DNA from: Amoeboradix gromovi X-113
Taxonomy: Eukaryota > Fungi > Sanchytriomycota
Direction: 5' to 3'
Assembly (NCBI GenBank): GCA_018985225.1
Contig: JADGIF010000625.1
Location: 1 to 5,819, forward strand
Length of the DNA: 5,819 nt
This document shows, in pieces, positions 5,694 to 5,819 of this stretch. Numbering within the stretch: position 1 is the first letter of the stretch; each line of letters begins with the position of its first letter. A model generated the notes under the pieces. The model did not search any database and was not told the origin of the DNA. It saw nothing but the letters and a program-made list of their open reading frames with translations. The position numbers were made by a program, and so were the translations under genes.

Positions 5694-5819
5694 GAGGTGC
5701 TCCATACGGAGGAAATGCTATCATTAATAAAAGATCTTCTTCTATTATACCAATTTTCTTTCATTGATTGTATTCCCTCTTCAAAATAAAACTAGAAGAC
5801 CCTGCATCTCGTTCAAATA
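5694..5819 (-). pseudogene. Possible further TnpB/Fanzor C-terminal relic at the window edge
   Basis: Minus strand TATTTGAA-CGAGAT compares with relic C TATTTGAAGATAGATAGAGAC and reads ERDAGSSSFILK, which has the spacing of DRDxxAAxNIxxK. Downstream GTATGGAGCACCT resembles GTAACGGAGCATCT in scaffold C. Short and weak. Confidence 0.3.

Overview
Very compact, AT-rich eukaryotic DNA in the standard code, with a fungus-like or protist gene set; the organism cannot be identified from this window. There are three apparently intact host genes: a proteinase K-type S8 subtilase (1056-2030, -), a divergently transcribed F-box/LRR-like protein (2079-3137, +), and calreticulin (4108-5254, +) split by a 19-nt GT-AG intron. 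A frameshifted, truncated NAA30/MAK3 fragment lies at 5281-5494 (-), and its 5' end recurs at the left edge of the window. The main hidden signal is that almost all of the remaining intergenic DNA translates by hand into decayed TnpB/Fanzor-like (IS607-TnpB/Fanzor2-type) RNA-guided nuclease relics. Three C-terminal relics lie in tandem at ~335-1050 (-), a longer relic at ~3200-3890 (+), and a possible fifth at the right edge. Two relics are directly followed by strand-specific multibranch RNA folds (163-320 - and 3891-4008 +) that share architecture and a covarying closing stem, as expected for omegaRNA scaffolds that may have outlived their nuclease ORFs. All alignments and folds were made by eye and need computational confirmation.
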